DNA from: a virus
Taxonomy: Duplodnaviria; Caudoviricetes
Length of the DNA: 64,000 nt
Virus record (IMG/VR): IMGVR_UViG_3300033463_000042
Location: 32,001 to 96,000 of that record
Strand: one strand, 5' to 3'
Shown here: positions 10,269 through 21,600 of the stretch, one piece after another
Layout: the number at the start of each line of letters is the position of its first letter
Numbering within the stretch: position 1 is the stretch's first letter
Position numbers and translations under genes: made by a program
The notes under the pieces: model-generated
Databases searched by the model: none
Told to the model about the DNA's origin: nothing
The model's input: only the letters and a program-made list of their open reading frames with translations

Positions 10269-13200
10269 TCACTCCCCTGGTTCTTCATTAGGTGTAGGAG
10301 TTGGATCCGGTTCGAGTATGAGTCCTGGTCCAAGTGTTATGTTAATAGCAGATGAACCATTATACTGAACTGTCGTTGTACCATCTGTGAGTGTGAGGAA
10401 TTCTCCTCCACCTCCACCACCATGATACTGTGGTGAGATTATGAGCGAGCCATATTCATCAAATGCAAGTTGACCATTGTCCAAATTACCATCTTCATCG
10501 AGCTGAATACCGAGAACGTTATTGCCGTAGATACGGAGACCACGCGCACCAAGAGGATTCATCCTTGATCCACCTCTGTATACACGTTGTCTACAATAGT
10601 CACCGGTTACTCGTCCAGTCGGAGTTGTTGCATCGTATGTATTCATCGCATTAACTCTTACGCCGAGATATCCATCTCTGTTAAATCTCAGACCACCCTG
10701 ACATTCTACGAGTTGTTGTGGATCTATTGGTGAACCCATTTGTCTAGCGGGATCCAGTCCATCTTCGGTAGCACAGTTGGGGATACCTGCAGTTTTATCA
10801 AATATCTTTACAGATACGGAGTTATGTATATCACCTTCCAAAACAGAGGTAATACCCTGCCATTTATTCAGGTTTACATCCAATCCTGGCATGAATGAAC
10901 CATTTGGATCAGTTGCATGTATTACTGTGTATCCAGCCGTTCCACCGGCAATAGTTCTGTCTTCTGCGATTCCATAATACTTCAGCCAAGCAGCAAACCT
11001 TTCTCGATCATTTGTTGCAGCGTCATATTCTGGTATAACTGGATTGTGTGGATATACCATGGTATATGCATAATATGATAATACTGTTGACGCGTCAACT
11101 GCATCAATGACACCGTCATTATCCACATCCATGGGTTTCAAATCTTCTTGTGTAAATGGTTTTCCCATAAGTTCTGGGATTTCTGATGAGTCATATGTAT
11201 GATGCAATAAAGGTTCAAATGTATCGGTTGAAGCCTTATATGTATATAAAAGATATGGTTGGCCATATGTAGCGTCTGCATACGTAGCACCATCATCAAG
11301 AGTTGTTATTGGCGAATGATGTGCCGTATCATAATACATGCGACCGATCTCAGTTGCAGGATCAACCCAGTAATATCCTAAATTATTCTTGTTGAATGTT
11401 GACATGTGTGCGTAGTATGATAATATACCCGAAGCGACCTGAGAATCCAGATCAGGGCCATCATCTCTGTAGTGTCCACCACCGGGTTCTGTCTCATCAG
11501 GAACCCATCCTCCTGGGATTTGTACCATATACTCGGGAAGCCATTGATATGCTCTACCAATAAATGTATGATTTGTATTATCAACAACGGTTTCAACATA
11601 TACACGATTCCAAGCACCATCTTGAGTTCCATCATATGTCGTGAACATTGTCACATAGTCATTTTCTCCACCGCCACTACCATTTCCGGTCCAGACGTAA
11701 CGCCGGTTTTCTGCTTTAACAAAGTAAATCTTATCAGATCTTGGTGTTTCATATGGATTGGCAACTTTACCCGGAAGATGTTCTATAGTTGTAACCTCTT
11801 CTGTACCACGTATGCCAGTAATATGTACATACGGATATATTGCTTCTTCATCCCATCCCTTGATTACCAAAGGATTTGAATCAACAACGGGATTATCAGA
11901 TTCACGATAACGCTGAACTTGTACAACGTTTCTCTCATCAATACCAATAGCTCTGTCACCGAGACGAAGCTCATGACCATAAGTGGAGTCGTTACCATTG
12001 ACACGAAGACCGATTGCCGACTGATTGCCAGATTGTGCATCTCCGATGAGATATCTAAGACCACCGTATCCACGCATACGATCATCAGCAACAGTTCCAA
12101 TATCAGCTGACGTATACTGGGAATCTATAACTGATACTGCTAAGAAAGCCTTATCAGCTGCATCAAGCGGTTCCTGACCAGATTTATCATAATGAGACAT
12201 TCTGAGACCAAGACCTCTATTGATTGTAAGACCTGGTGTGATAGCAACAGGACCAACACTCTCAGGATCAAGTCCCGGTGAATATGTTAAACCACCACCG
12301 AGTACAGTATTTGTATCCTTACCAGGATATGCTTTATACTGAGACAGTCTGAGATTCAATCTATTATCACCATCGTCCTTGAAGAAGTCATCTGCGACTC
12401 TGAGGTTTACTTTACCACCATCATAGTATGTTTCAGGATAATCTATCGGTGAATATCTTTCCTCATCGATATCTGATCCAACATATGTACCTATCTCAAG
12501 GAACTTACCAACGTTAACGGCAAGACCACCGGTGCTTACGTTGAATGAATCGTTATGTTTAAGATAGAATGTATTTGGTACATAAGCAGGGCTCCAAATA
12601 GGTTCTTCCGGAGTTCCGGTATTCACGAAGTAAACCATTGTTCCCTGATCATCTGAATATACTACCGGTGCAAGAGGATCTCCACCCCACCATGTTGGTG
12701 TTTCTTCAGATGTGATAAGATCATATGTGACACGGTTGATTACTCCATCAAGGTTATCCTCTTCATCATTATCACTCTTACCAAGATCCGCATTAGAAAT
12801 TTCTTCAGTATTGTTGAATATTCTAAGGCCTGACATATTGACAGTTTTCATTCCCATTAAAGGAATTCTCTTGAGGAGATTTACACCAACAAAATCAGGT
12901 TTATCCAGTCCTATCGGAACATCCGGAATCTTCATTGGCCAGTTTTCCATTGGTGAGAAACCAGCATTGAATGTATTATAGGGAATAACATTCATCGAGA
13001 AATCCGGTGATATGAACATTTTGTTTGAATTTTTCAACTCTGTTCTCACACTCGGACCCATCGGAGTAACCGTAATATGTGTCTGAATCTTTCCTACTTC
13101 GGGAGCGGAAAGATTACCACTTAATGTATTCACACCAGAAAGGTTATCTACTGATAAATTATCCATAACCTTTCCTTCAGCAAGATCAAGGCCTATCATG

Positions 13201-14318
13201 TTGGCGATTCTGCCATCCTGAGTATGTGTATCAATATAAGCAAGACCCTTACCAACGTATGGTTTTATTGTGTAGAATTCCAGAGTGTAGTTGTAAGATG
13301 TGCCTACACGCTGAACACTTGTTATTGAACCTATACAAGCTTCTCTCTTAACGAAATACTCGATAAATTCATCTTTCAATGAACCGTTTACATTACGGCA
13401 ATTCTCATCAGAGAAGTTTGACAAAACAAGATCATATATCTTGAATGTCTGATATGTTGGGAAGAATGTTCCATAAACTGGATCACTAATAAGTGTACCG
13501 TTCATCTTTATGGAGATATGATTTGTTCCTTCAGGATATGTTCCACCGGATGGAAGAGCATATATAAGTGCATCAAGATCACCTGGGTCACCATTGCCAT
13601 ATATACAATTAAAAAACTTTAATACTGGAGCAATCTTTGATTTGTCGATATACAAACCAGACTGTGCTTTTGATGCAGATTCGTTGTATACCTTAAGGGC
13701 ATCTTCACCTGTCCATATGTTAACACCTATCTGACCACCGGTAAGGTCTTTACCATTAATATTTTCATTGTAGATAATGGTATTGTCAGCACTGTATATT
13801 GTGTTTATAGGCTTCATAACAACCTTGTTGACTGCATCACCAGCATCCCATATAGTATAACCTATCTGAGATCTGGTATCATTATCAGGACCACCCACTC
13901 TGATATAGAACGGGATACCTGAACGAGATTTGTCTCGCAACCAGTCTGTTTCGAATACCGTTAGGAATTCATTATAGGTGTCAAACAGCTTAATACTTTT
14001 GAGATTGAACTCTTGTAACAGCTGATCCAACACCCAATCTTTAATTGTAGAAAAAGAAACATTTGTTACATTTTCCAATCCTACATCTTTTGCAGTGATT
14101 ACAACTACACCGTCTCTTCCATTGACGCTATTAACAATACGAGAAAGTTTATTGTTTATAGCGTTCCATATTCTATTTATAGTAACATCTAAACTTTCGC
14201 CCGTCAAATTATCGTCAACAGATTTTGTGTTGGTTAATGGATTAATATTGGACAACGCCGTTCCATCGCCAACAATTTCTTCACGATTCAATTGAATGCG
14301 ATCCTGCATATTTTTCAC
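10269..14318 (-). CDS. Tail-fibre-like protein containing a Ruminococcus-type dockerin
   Basis: 1349 aa, SD AAGGAG + GTG; VNSVNGRDGVVVITAKDVGLENV fibre motif; GKGL/GLGL/GPGL shaft motifs; dockerin repeat DVDNDGVIDAVDASTVLSYYA plus degenerate copy DDGPDLDSQVASGILSYYA. Confidence 0.75.
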   Translation of the reverse strand: MKNMQDRIQLNREEIVGDGTALSNINPLTNTKSVDDNLTGESLDVTINRIWNAINNKLSRIVNSVNGRDGVVVITAKDVGLENVTNVSFSTIKDWVLDQLLQEFNLKSIKLFDTYNEFLTVFETDWLRDKSRSGIPFYIRVGGPDNDTRSQIGYTIWDAGDAVNKVVMKPINTIYSADNTIIYNENINGKDLTGGQIGVNIWTGEDALKVYNESASKAQSGLYIDKSKIAPVLKFFNCIYGNGDPGDLDALIYALPSGGTYPEGTNHISIKMNGTLISDPVYGTFFPTYQTFKIYDLVLSNFSDENCRNVNGSLKDEFIEYFVKREACIGSITSVQRVGTSYNYTLEFYTIKPYVGKGLAYIDTHTQDGRIANMIGLDLAEGKVMDNLSVDNLSGVNTLSGNLSAPEVGKIQTHITVTPMGPSVRTELKNSNKMFISPDFSMNVIPYNTFNAGFSPMENWPMKIPDVPIGLDKPDFVGVNLLKRIPLMGMKTVNMSGLRIFNNTEEISNADLGKSDNDEEDNLDGVINRVTYDLITSEETPTWWGGDPLAPVVYSDDQGTMVYFVNTGTPEEPIWSPAYVPNTFYLKHNDSFNVSTGGLAVNVGKFLEIGTYVGSDIDEERYSPIDYPETYYDGGKVNLRVADDFFKDDGDNRLNLRLSQYKAYPGKDTNTVLGGGLTYSPGLDPESVGPVAITPGLTINRGLGLRMSHYDKSGQEPLDAADKAFLAVSVIDSQYTSADIGTVADDRMRGYGGLRYLIGDAQSGNQSAIGLRVNGNDSTYGHELRLGDRAIGIDERNVVQVQRYRESDNPVVDSNPLVIKGWDEEAIYPYVHITGIRGTEEVTTIEHLPGKVANPYETPRSDKIYFVKAENRRYVWTGNGSGGGENDYVTMFTTYDGTQDGAWNRVYVETVVDNTNHTFIGRAYQWLPEYMVQIPGGWVPDETEPGGGHYRDDGPDLDSQVASGILSYYAHMSTFNKNNLGYYWVDPATEIGRMYYDTAHHSPITTLDDGATYADATYGQPYLLYTYKASTDTFEPLLHHTYDSSEIPELMGKPFTQEDLKPMDVDNDGVIDAVDASTVLSYYAYTMVYPHNPVIPEYDAATNDRERFAAWLKYYGIAEDRTIAGGTAGYTVIHATDPNGSFMPGLDVNLNKWQGITSVLEGDIHNSVSVKIFDKTAGIPNCATEDGLDPARQMGSPIDPQQLVECQGGLRFNRDGYLGVRVNAMNTYDATTPTGRVTGDYCRQRVYRGGSRMNPLGARGLRIYGNNVLGIQLDEDGNLDNGQLAFDEYGSLIISPQYHGGGGGGEFLTLTDGTTTVQYNGSSAINITLGPGLILEPDPTPTPNEEPGE

Positions 14319-14361
14319 TCCTTTATGTAATAAATATTATGATTCGAACAAATTCCGACCA

Positions 14362-14410
14362 AACCATAATGTATGTTTTAACCATTTACAGGTAAACTTA
14401 CCTCGAGGTT
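14362..14410. promoter_or_regulatory. Pair of opposing late-type promoter motifs (AAC-N7-TA)
   Basis: AACCataatgTA (+, 14362-14373) and AACCtcgaggTA (-, 14399-14410) between divergent structural genes. Confidence 0.45.
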
Positions 14411-14452
14411 TCTATACATTTAAAATACAAAGTGATTAGGAGGCGTTTTAAA

Positions 14453-17400
14453 GTGGCTGACGAGATTATGCTTAATAACTATTCTGATGATAGTCAGATT
14501 AAGAATTACATGCGTTATGTGTTAGCACCTAAAGTATTTCATGATATACCTTTAACGGTTTTGAATACTGGTCTATTCTCTCTGACTACAGAATATATCT
14601 CTCAAATAACTGAGCAGTTATCATTCACATCGTCATTTTATTTTAACGAGTCTTTCATAACGAAAGCGGTATTGCCGGATTCGATATATGCTGAAGCAGC
14701 TATATTCAATATCGGATATTCATTTGCCACACCAGCATCAACCAATTTCCTTCTTGAGTTGAAGATAGAGGATATTTACAAGAATGCTTTGTACAATGCT
14801 GACACGGGATTGTATGAATTCATTCTTGATAAGAATACTAAATTCAACCTGCCCGAAGGATTTACTTATTCTCTTGATTACGATATCTTGATACAGTACA
14901 AAGATCAAGAATCGTCAAGTATAAGTGCTGCTATTCCTGCATGGAATGTTCAGTATACCAACATGGATGAACCCAACGTATGTGCTACAAATAAGAATAC
15001 TTATATCACATATCGTGTTACTGACGTTTGGTTATGTTTACTCATACAAGCAAATGAATATGAGAGACAGACCCATACAGTTGTAAATACCATGACAAAC
15101 GGTGTACCAAATGAGGATAAGGTTATAATGTGTCAGGATCACATTGCTGGTTTTGACGTAACCTATATTGATGGAAAAGGTAATAGACAACCTCTTCCAA
15201 GAAACCACATCCTTCCTATACATGATAAGGTACCTGATGCAAATCCATATGTACATTACATCATGGACAATCCTCGTACAATCAGATTCATGTGGCAGCT
15301 GAATGGTGTTCGTTACTTCATTCCTGAACCAAACTCTTCATTTGAAATAACCATCTATACATGCCATGGTAAATCTGCAAATGCACCTAGTTACCAAGCT
15401 AAGGACGACAAACAGCCATCAGTTATTGCTGCATCAAACAAGTACACCAATAATGCAAATGTTACTAAGGCAGCATTTGTCATCAGTGGATGTATTGGTG
15501 GTACTGATATTGGTTCTGTCGAATCAGTACGTCGTGAGACTATAGAGGCATACAATACAGCTAATGTATTATCAACAGATCATGATATTGATGAATGGTT
15601 CAAGACGTTCTATTTCAAGAATATCCTGTATCCATACTTCTTCAAACGTAGAGATGATCCGTGGTGCAGAACATGGAGTGGTTATCTTGCTCTTACTAGA
15701 AATGACAATTACATCTATAAGACAAATACACTTCATGCAAATATCTCATATGAGGAATTGTATAATAATGCAAATAACACAGTAACCAACAATGAGATCA
15801 TAATTCCTCCAGGATGGTTGTGGATTTATACAGACGACACGACTTATGAAAGAAATCTATATACCGTCGTACCATATACAAAGGCTGATGGTAAGACTAT
15901 TGAATCCGCAAATACATTGGCTACTATCAATGAACCGTTCGTATTTGCAAATCCATTTGGTATTCGTATTCAGAAGGATCCTTTCGCTATAGGATACTTC
16001 AATCCCTGGATTAATCAGTACGTAACTGGTACAAAGATTGTTAAGAACGAACATGTTGATCCGGATGATATCAGGAATGATGACTCTTATACTCGTCATG
16101 CTTCACATATCATTTCAAACATCGTACGCACATACAAGGATGATCACTATCTGCTTTCGACATATGTTCTTCCAACAGTACCGGATAACTCCGCCGTTGG
16201 TAAGAGTATTACATTTGCAAAGAATCTTCGTATCAATGCGATACCACCGCAGTTCACACCTGATATGTGGGATTACTTTGCAAAGGTCCAGGATGAATAT
16301 GCTGAAACTATTCCGATCACAATCTTAACAGAAGATATCGCACGCATCAAGTTTGATCCTGAAAAGACATATTTCTGTGTACAGAAAAAGATCCAAGGTC
16401 CATCAACAGATACTTTGGATAATACTGTCAAGGCAGATCACAGAATTAGACAAGACGACTGGGCTCTTGATAAGATATGGATAGAAGACAACACTGGTTC
16501 AGGAAACAAGATAGTTGATCTTCCTATAACAACAAACGGAGCTGCTCAGTTGTTCGGTACAGACGCAATCTGGGGTGAGAATGGTAAGTGTGAAGGTGTT
16601 GAAGCAACAACTGATGTTAATATCAGCATCACACCATCATTAGACGAATCATCACTCATTTCATTTGAAAGAGTTGAATCTCAGAATTACTACGAGATGC
16701 GTCTCAAAGAATCTGCCGTTAGAGGAGCAATCACAAGAATCGTTGTTTCCGAAGCTACAACTACGGATCTCCATAAATACGGTGAAAATTATCTCGTTAA
16801 GATCGGCAGAACATACCAGTCAACAGTCTTCATCAATGTATACTACAACACAGAAGGCCCTGGCGGTACAGTAGTTGAGAATCAGATCAGTTATGGTATC
16901 ACAAATGCAGCAAATCTGTATATACCTCATTCATTCACACAGGTTGAGAATGGTTACGAATTCGATCTGAATAACGTTGGACCAACAGGAATCATTCTTT
17001 ATGCTGATATGAAACCATCTCCTTCAACTGGTTCATATGCATACTACCGTGTTAAGTTCTCTGATCTTGATGATAAGACACCTATGTTCTACATCTATTC
17101 ATCACAGCTTAAGATGAATGAGAATGAGATGCGCGTTGTCGCTCATACAATGATCAATGGTTCTGAAACGGGTAGAATCGAAATGCAACCAGTACAGCGT
17201 GAATCAGATGGATCATATCTGTTTGAAGCATCTATGTATCCATTGAATGAATTAATCGATATTGATAACAGAGTCAATATTGCATCGGTCAACAATGGTG
17301 GTGGTAACTGGAAACCTGCGACTGAATTTGGTACAGTATCACTTGATGCAACCAATCCCCAGATCAAGATAACAGTTCTTATGAAATCTTCATTTGAAGA

Positions 17401-18610
17401 TAGACCATCAGAGATTGTTGAAGGCGATGACTTCACAGGATACAGAATCGTGGATGAATACATGCTCGATAACCTTGATCTCATACAAGAACTCAAAGAA
17501 ATGAGAAGTGTTGTTGAGTTTGGTGATACTACCACACCTACAGCAGACCAGATGTCTCTCTATCAGGATATGATGGCTCTTTCAAAAGAAAATACAAAGG
17601 AACCTCTGAATATTTTCTATATGACAGAATATGCATATTCAAGAAAGACTGAGATAAAGGATTATGACATTAGAGAATTCGACACATTTAGAAATGCTGC
17701 TGCAGAGAATGCTGCAAAACTCAGAGACCTGTTCGAGAGATATGATGCATGTATGAATGATGGAGTTAAATACAAATTCCCTCGTCCTGATTGGTTTGCT
17801 TCAATACTCACAATGTTAGATAACATTGCTGCAAGACCTAAAGAGAATGATTTCAGCTTAACAGAATGGGTAGAAATTTATACAACACTCAATTCATATC
17901 CAACATTGGTAAACTTGACATTTGATGAGAGAACTGTCAACGTACATGGTGGAGTTACAATTCATCTTGTACCATTTGTTGAATACACACTCATGGAAGA
18001 TGACAAGTTTGTTGATTTCGTTACATCATTTACTCAGGTACACAAAGCAATTGAGCCTGTTATATTCAAGAGACTTGATGGAAATCATTATCTTGATTGC
18101 AAGCTCATTGGTACATACGGTAAGTCTCGCACATATGTATCTGATACAGATTCCGAAAAGTTCTGGCCTGATCTCAATCTTCAATTGGAGTTTGATGTAA
18201 AGCTCTTCAACAAGAGTCTTGCAACAAATACAATTGATGAATTGCGTCTGATTGTTAAATCATACTTTAACAGAATCACGACAGTTCATTCTCCCAATAG
18301 AGATACGAACATGGACAACAACATTTATGTTTCACATCTTATTCAACAGATGGAAGCTCATGATAATGTTGCATGGATGAAGTTCAAAGGATGGTATACA
18401 AATCAGAAGGGTAAATCGTATTCTAACTACAAGGATGCTAATACCCAGGCAATCGAGCTTAAGTGGAATCAGCTTGAAGATATGGATAAGTATGTATTAC
18501 TTCCAGATGATCCTGACAATCCGCTTAACTACAAATACTCTCGTCTCGAGAATTATACACCAGAAATGTTTATCCTTGAGGATGACAATATCAAAATCAA
18601 TATTGTATAA
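14453..18610 (+). CDS. Baseplate wedge protein (jumbo phage type)
   Basis: Start moved to GTG 14453 (SD AGGAGG); ESFITKAVLPDSIY, YTCHG, GGTD..SVESVR and FFKRRDD match gp6/baseplate-J-like wedge proteins. Confidence 0.7.
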   Translation: MADEIMLNNYSDDSQIKNYMRYVLAPKVFHDIPLTVLNTGLFSLTTEYISQITEQLSFTSSFYFNESFITKAVLPDSIYAEAAIFNIGYSFATPASTNFLLELKIEDIYKNALYNADTGLYEFILDKNTKFNLPEGFTYSLDYDILIQYKDQESSSISAAIPAWNVQYTNMDEPNVCATNKNTYITYRVTDVWLCLLIQANEYERQTHTVVNTMTNGVPNEDKVIMCQDHIAGFDVTYIDGKGNRQPLPRNHILPIHDKVPDANPYVHYIMDNPRTIRFMWQLNGVRYFIPEPNSSFEITIYTCHGKSANAPSYQAKDDKQPSVIAASNKYTNNANVTKAAFVISGCIGGTDIGSVESVRRETIEAYNTANVLSTDHDIDEWFKTFYFKNILYPYFFKRRDDPWCRTWSGYLALTRNDNYIYKTNTLHANISYEELYNNANNTVTNNEIIIPPGWLWIYTDDTTYERNLYTVVPYTKADGKTIESANTLATINEPFVFANPFGIRIQKDPFAIGYFNPWINQYVTGTKIVKNEHVDPDDIRNDDSYTRHASHIISNIVRTYKDDHYLLSTYVLPTVPDNSAVGKSITFAKNLRINAIPPQFTPDMWDYFAKVQDEYAETIPITILTEDIARIKFDPEKTYFCVQKKIQGPSTDTLDNTVKADHRIRQDDWALDKIWIEDNTGSGNKIVDLPITTNGAAQLFGTDAIWGENGKCEGVEATTDVNISITPSLDESSLISFERVESQNYYEMRLKESAVRGAITRIVVSEATTTDLHKYGENYLVKIGRTYQSTVFINVYYNTEGPGGTVVENQISYGITNAANLYIPHSFTQVENGYEFDLNNVGPTGIILYADMKPSPSTGSYAYYRVKFSDLDDKTPMFYIYSSQLKMNENEMRVVAHTMINGSETGRIEMQPVQRESDGSYLFEASMYPLNELIDIDNRVNIASVNNGGGNWKPATEFGTVSLDATNPQIKITVLMKSSFEDRPSEIVEGDDFTGYRIVDEYMLDNLDLIQELKEMRSVVEFGDTTTPTADQMSLYQDMMALSKENTKEPLNIFYMTEYAYSRKTEIKDYDIREFDTFRNAAAENAAKLRDLFERYDACMNDGVKYKFPRPDWFASILTMLDNIAARPKENDFSLTEWVEIYTTLNSYPTLVNLTFDERTVNVHGGVTIHLVPFVEYTLMEDDKFVDFVTSFTQVHKAIEPVIFKRLDGNHYLDCKLIGTYGKSRTYVSDTDSEKFWPDLNLQLEFDVKLFNKSLATNTIDELRLIVKSYFNRITTVHSPNRDTNMDNNIYVSHLIQQMEAHDNVAWMKFKGWYTNQKGKSYSNYKDANTQAIELKWNQLEDMDKYVLLPDDPDNPLNYKYSRLENYTPEMFILEDDNIKINIV

Positions 18611-18611
18611 A

Positions 18612-18638
18612 TATATGGGGGCATTATGCCCCCATATA
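18612..18638. terminator. Bidirectional intrinsic terminator
   Basis: TATATGGGGGCA-TTA-TGCCCCCATATA between convergent genes. Confidence 0.8.
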
Positions 18639-18644
18639 ATTTTA

Positions 18645-21600
18645 TTATTCTCCTACAGGCATATCTGATGGATCCCAAATATCAGCATTATTAATCAATT
18701 TGAATGTGAAATTCTGGATTCCATAAATACGCTTTGGATTGTTGTATGACTGAATGGTATATGTCGTACCAGTCATCTTATGTGGTAACAGTCGCTTTGG
18801 ATCGACGAATCTGTGATAGTTTCTGGTATACATATAATATTTCCATCCACCAACATTGGATTGGCTATACGTATTGTCATATTCAGAAATAAGTATACGT
18901 CCTTTATACATTCCAAAATATCTCCATCTATTGTCATAGCTATAACTTGATGCACGATTAATAAGTGCAGGGATTGATGTTGGATTTGAATTTATTCTAC
19001 CCGGACCTGAACGCATATCACGAATAAGATTTGCGTCAAATACCCATGTTTTGTACTGATAAAAATACGTGTTATTACCATCATACCATGAATAATCATT
19101 TATATGACATACCAGGAGTCTATGTTTTCCATCGGGTGTTTTAAATACATCAAATGCAGATATATCATCAACGAGTAATGAACGGTTGAATTTTCCGGTT
19201 ATTCCAACATTATTGAATCCAAATGGTTCAAGAGGACGCTCACGGCTAATACTGTACATCAATACATTAGTATCATCATTGACATTATTTCTTCCGAAGA
19301 ATATGGCTTCTTCATCACCTTGAAGTGTGCCCATATGCATTCTATGCCAACAATGTCTATTCCAGTTCCAATGATGAACACCTGGAACGAAACATCTACA
19401 TACTTCAGAACTCCATTCAGGATCAATTATTCTATTACCTGCTGAACGCGTTCCATCATATATACGGCATTTCCATACGGTGTTGCTGTCCCATGATGAG
19501 TCATTTGCACGACCAAACATATAGAAATAATCATACCATCCAGCACCCCAAACGAAAGTTCCACCCCATGCAGTTCTTTCAATTGTAAACGTATCAACAA
19601 TCGTATTTGTTGACAGATCTATTATCATCCATCCGATTAATACATCGGTATCCTGACGAGGATCTCTACATACAACATTATTAGTATATTTCATTGCATA
19701 GCAGGTCGACACAGGAACCTCTTCATCGGTATCAGGATACTTCAGAATGAATTTATATGGTTCGTAGTTCGAAGCAGCGTCACCTATTATGTTAACAATA
19801 TGGACCCTGGTATCATTTGAATTACCAAATACAACATAACCTGTTTCAGTTGATGAGATAGGTATACATCCACCACTGTCATATGTATATGTATTAAGGA
19901 ATGTATCACCCATATTGATCACGTATTCATCTGGAGCAACCTTAGAAGGATCCTGAGCAACCTCTGTGGCAGAATGAATTTCAAATACAGAAACTTTCCG
20001 CAAACATACTGATGGATATGCATTGATGGCATTTGATTGGAATATCTGTAAAATACGATGACCTGATGGTTCTTTGAAACGTAATGTTCCATATGGTGAA
20101 CACATACCACCAACAGGTTCAGACGTTTGAATGAGCCATGACTGTCCAGGAGAAGATAGATCTGAATCATCGGGATAATACAGATGATATCTCATCCATA
20201 TATAACCCATATTATCATCTGATAAAATTCGTGTATGTCCATATCCATAGTTGGAACATACATATGGGTATCCATTATACTCCGCATATCCATTTCTACC
20301 ATTATTGAAAGTATCTATACTATCAACACGGATAGTTTCTTCGGATACAAGTGTTGGCTTTGTATAACCAGTTCTTGTTACGTCAACTGGTCTTGTATTT
20401 GTATTAGGTCCACCATTACCAGTTATTTCTCCACCAAATCCCATAAAGTACCTCTTGGCACCTTGAGACGCTGGAATATTATTTGGATCTTCAACACGTT
20501 CCCATGAATATGGGTTCCAATACTGATCAGAACACCATATATTCGTGGATGAAATACTTGTTGTAGAGATTTTAGATATAGGAAAGCTTGTGTACATGTT
20601 TGGATATACACGAACAAACTGTCTACCCCATCTAACAACATTGGTGTCAAGATACTGACAGTTCATATACATTCCACAGATAGGATATAACTGATTCATT
20701 GTCAGATTTGTTGTGTTTGTACCATTAAGAACAACTTCGTCAACATCCCATTCTTTTGTTAAACCATTATAAGATTTAACCGATGAAACGTTCATATTTG
20801 TTACCGGCAATAAACCGCGCGTGTCATATGCAGCATTTTGGTAATGGCCAAAGTTTGCAGAAAGATCGTCATTGTTTATTGTACCAGTGTAAGCATAGTT
20901 GGTCACAATCTCTTCAGGTTCTGGCAACCTCATTTCCTTTATGACTCCTATCTGTGGAGCATATCTGCAATCAGATGAAGAAGGCGTACCATATGAGTTA
21001 AATCCTGTCATATAGAGAAGATCGTAAAAATAACCTTTATTCTCTATCAGTGAATTTGTACCGGAATGACTCCATGAACGAGTACCTATCTGGGTTTCAG
21101 AATCTGAACTATCAACATCACCGATGTACGCATACGTACTACAAATTGAACCAGAGCGATATGAACTATTGCTTTCATAGTTCCGGTAATTAGTATCACG
21201 GTTCCAACGAGGTGATGATATGATTCCGTGTGTGAAATAGTTAATATTACCATTATAATGGGAATTCCAGTTGTATGCAGAACCTTGATATCCAAATGCA
21301 TAATATGCCCAAGGATTGTACACAAATCCAACACCCTGATTCCAAAGTTTGTCTTCAATGTAACCAGGTTTGTGATAGACTGTTATGTATGCATCAATGG
21401 TCAACTTTTCATTTACATGTTTAACGAAAGACGTGTATTGTCCTTCGCTGTCCATTACATATGCATGTGTCGCAAGTTCTGTATTGCTATTATATGACGA
21501 AAGACCTACTTCGGTTACGGTTAAATCCGAACTAATACCAGATAAAACATAATCAAAATAACCAGTATAGACCCAAGACTGCCCTCTGAGCAGACCTGTA

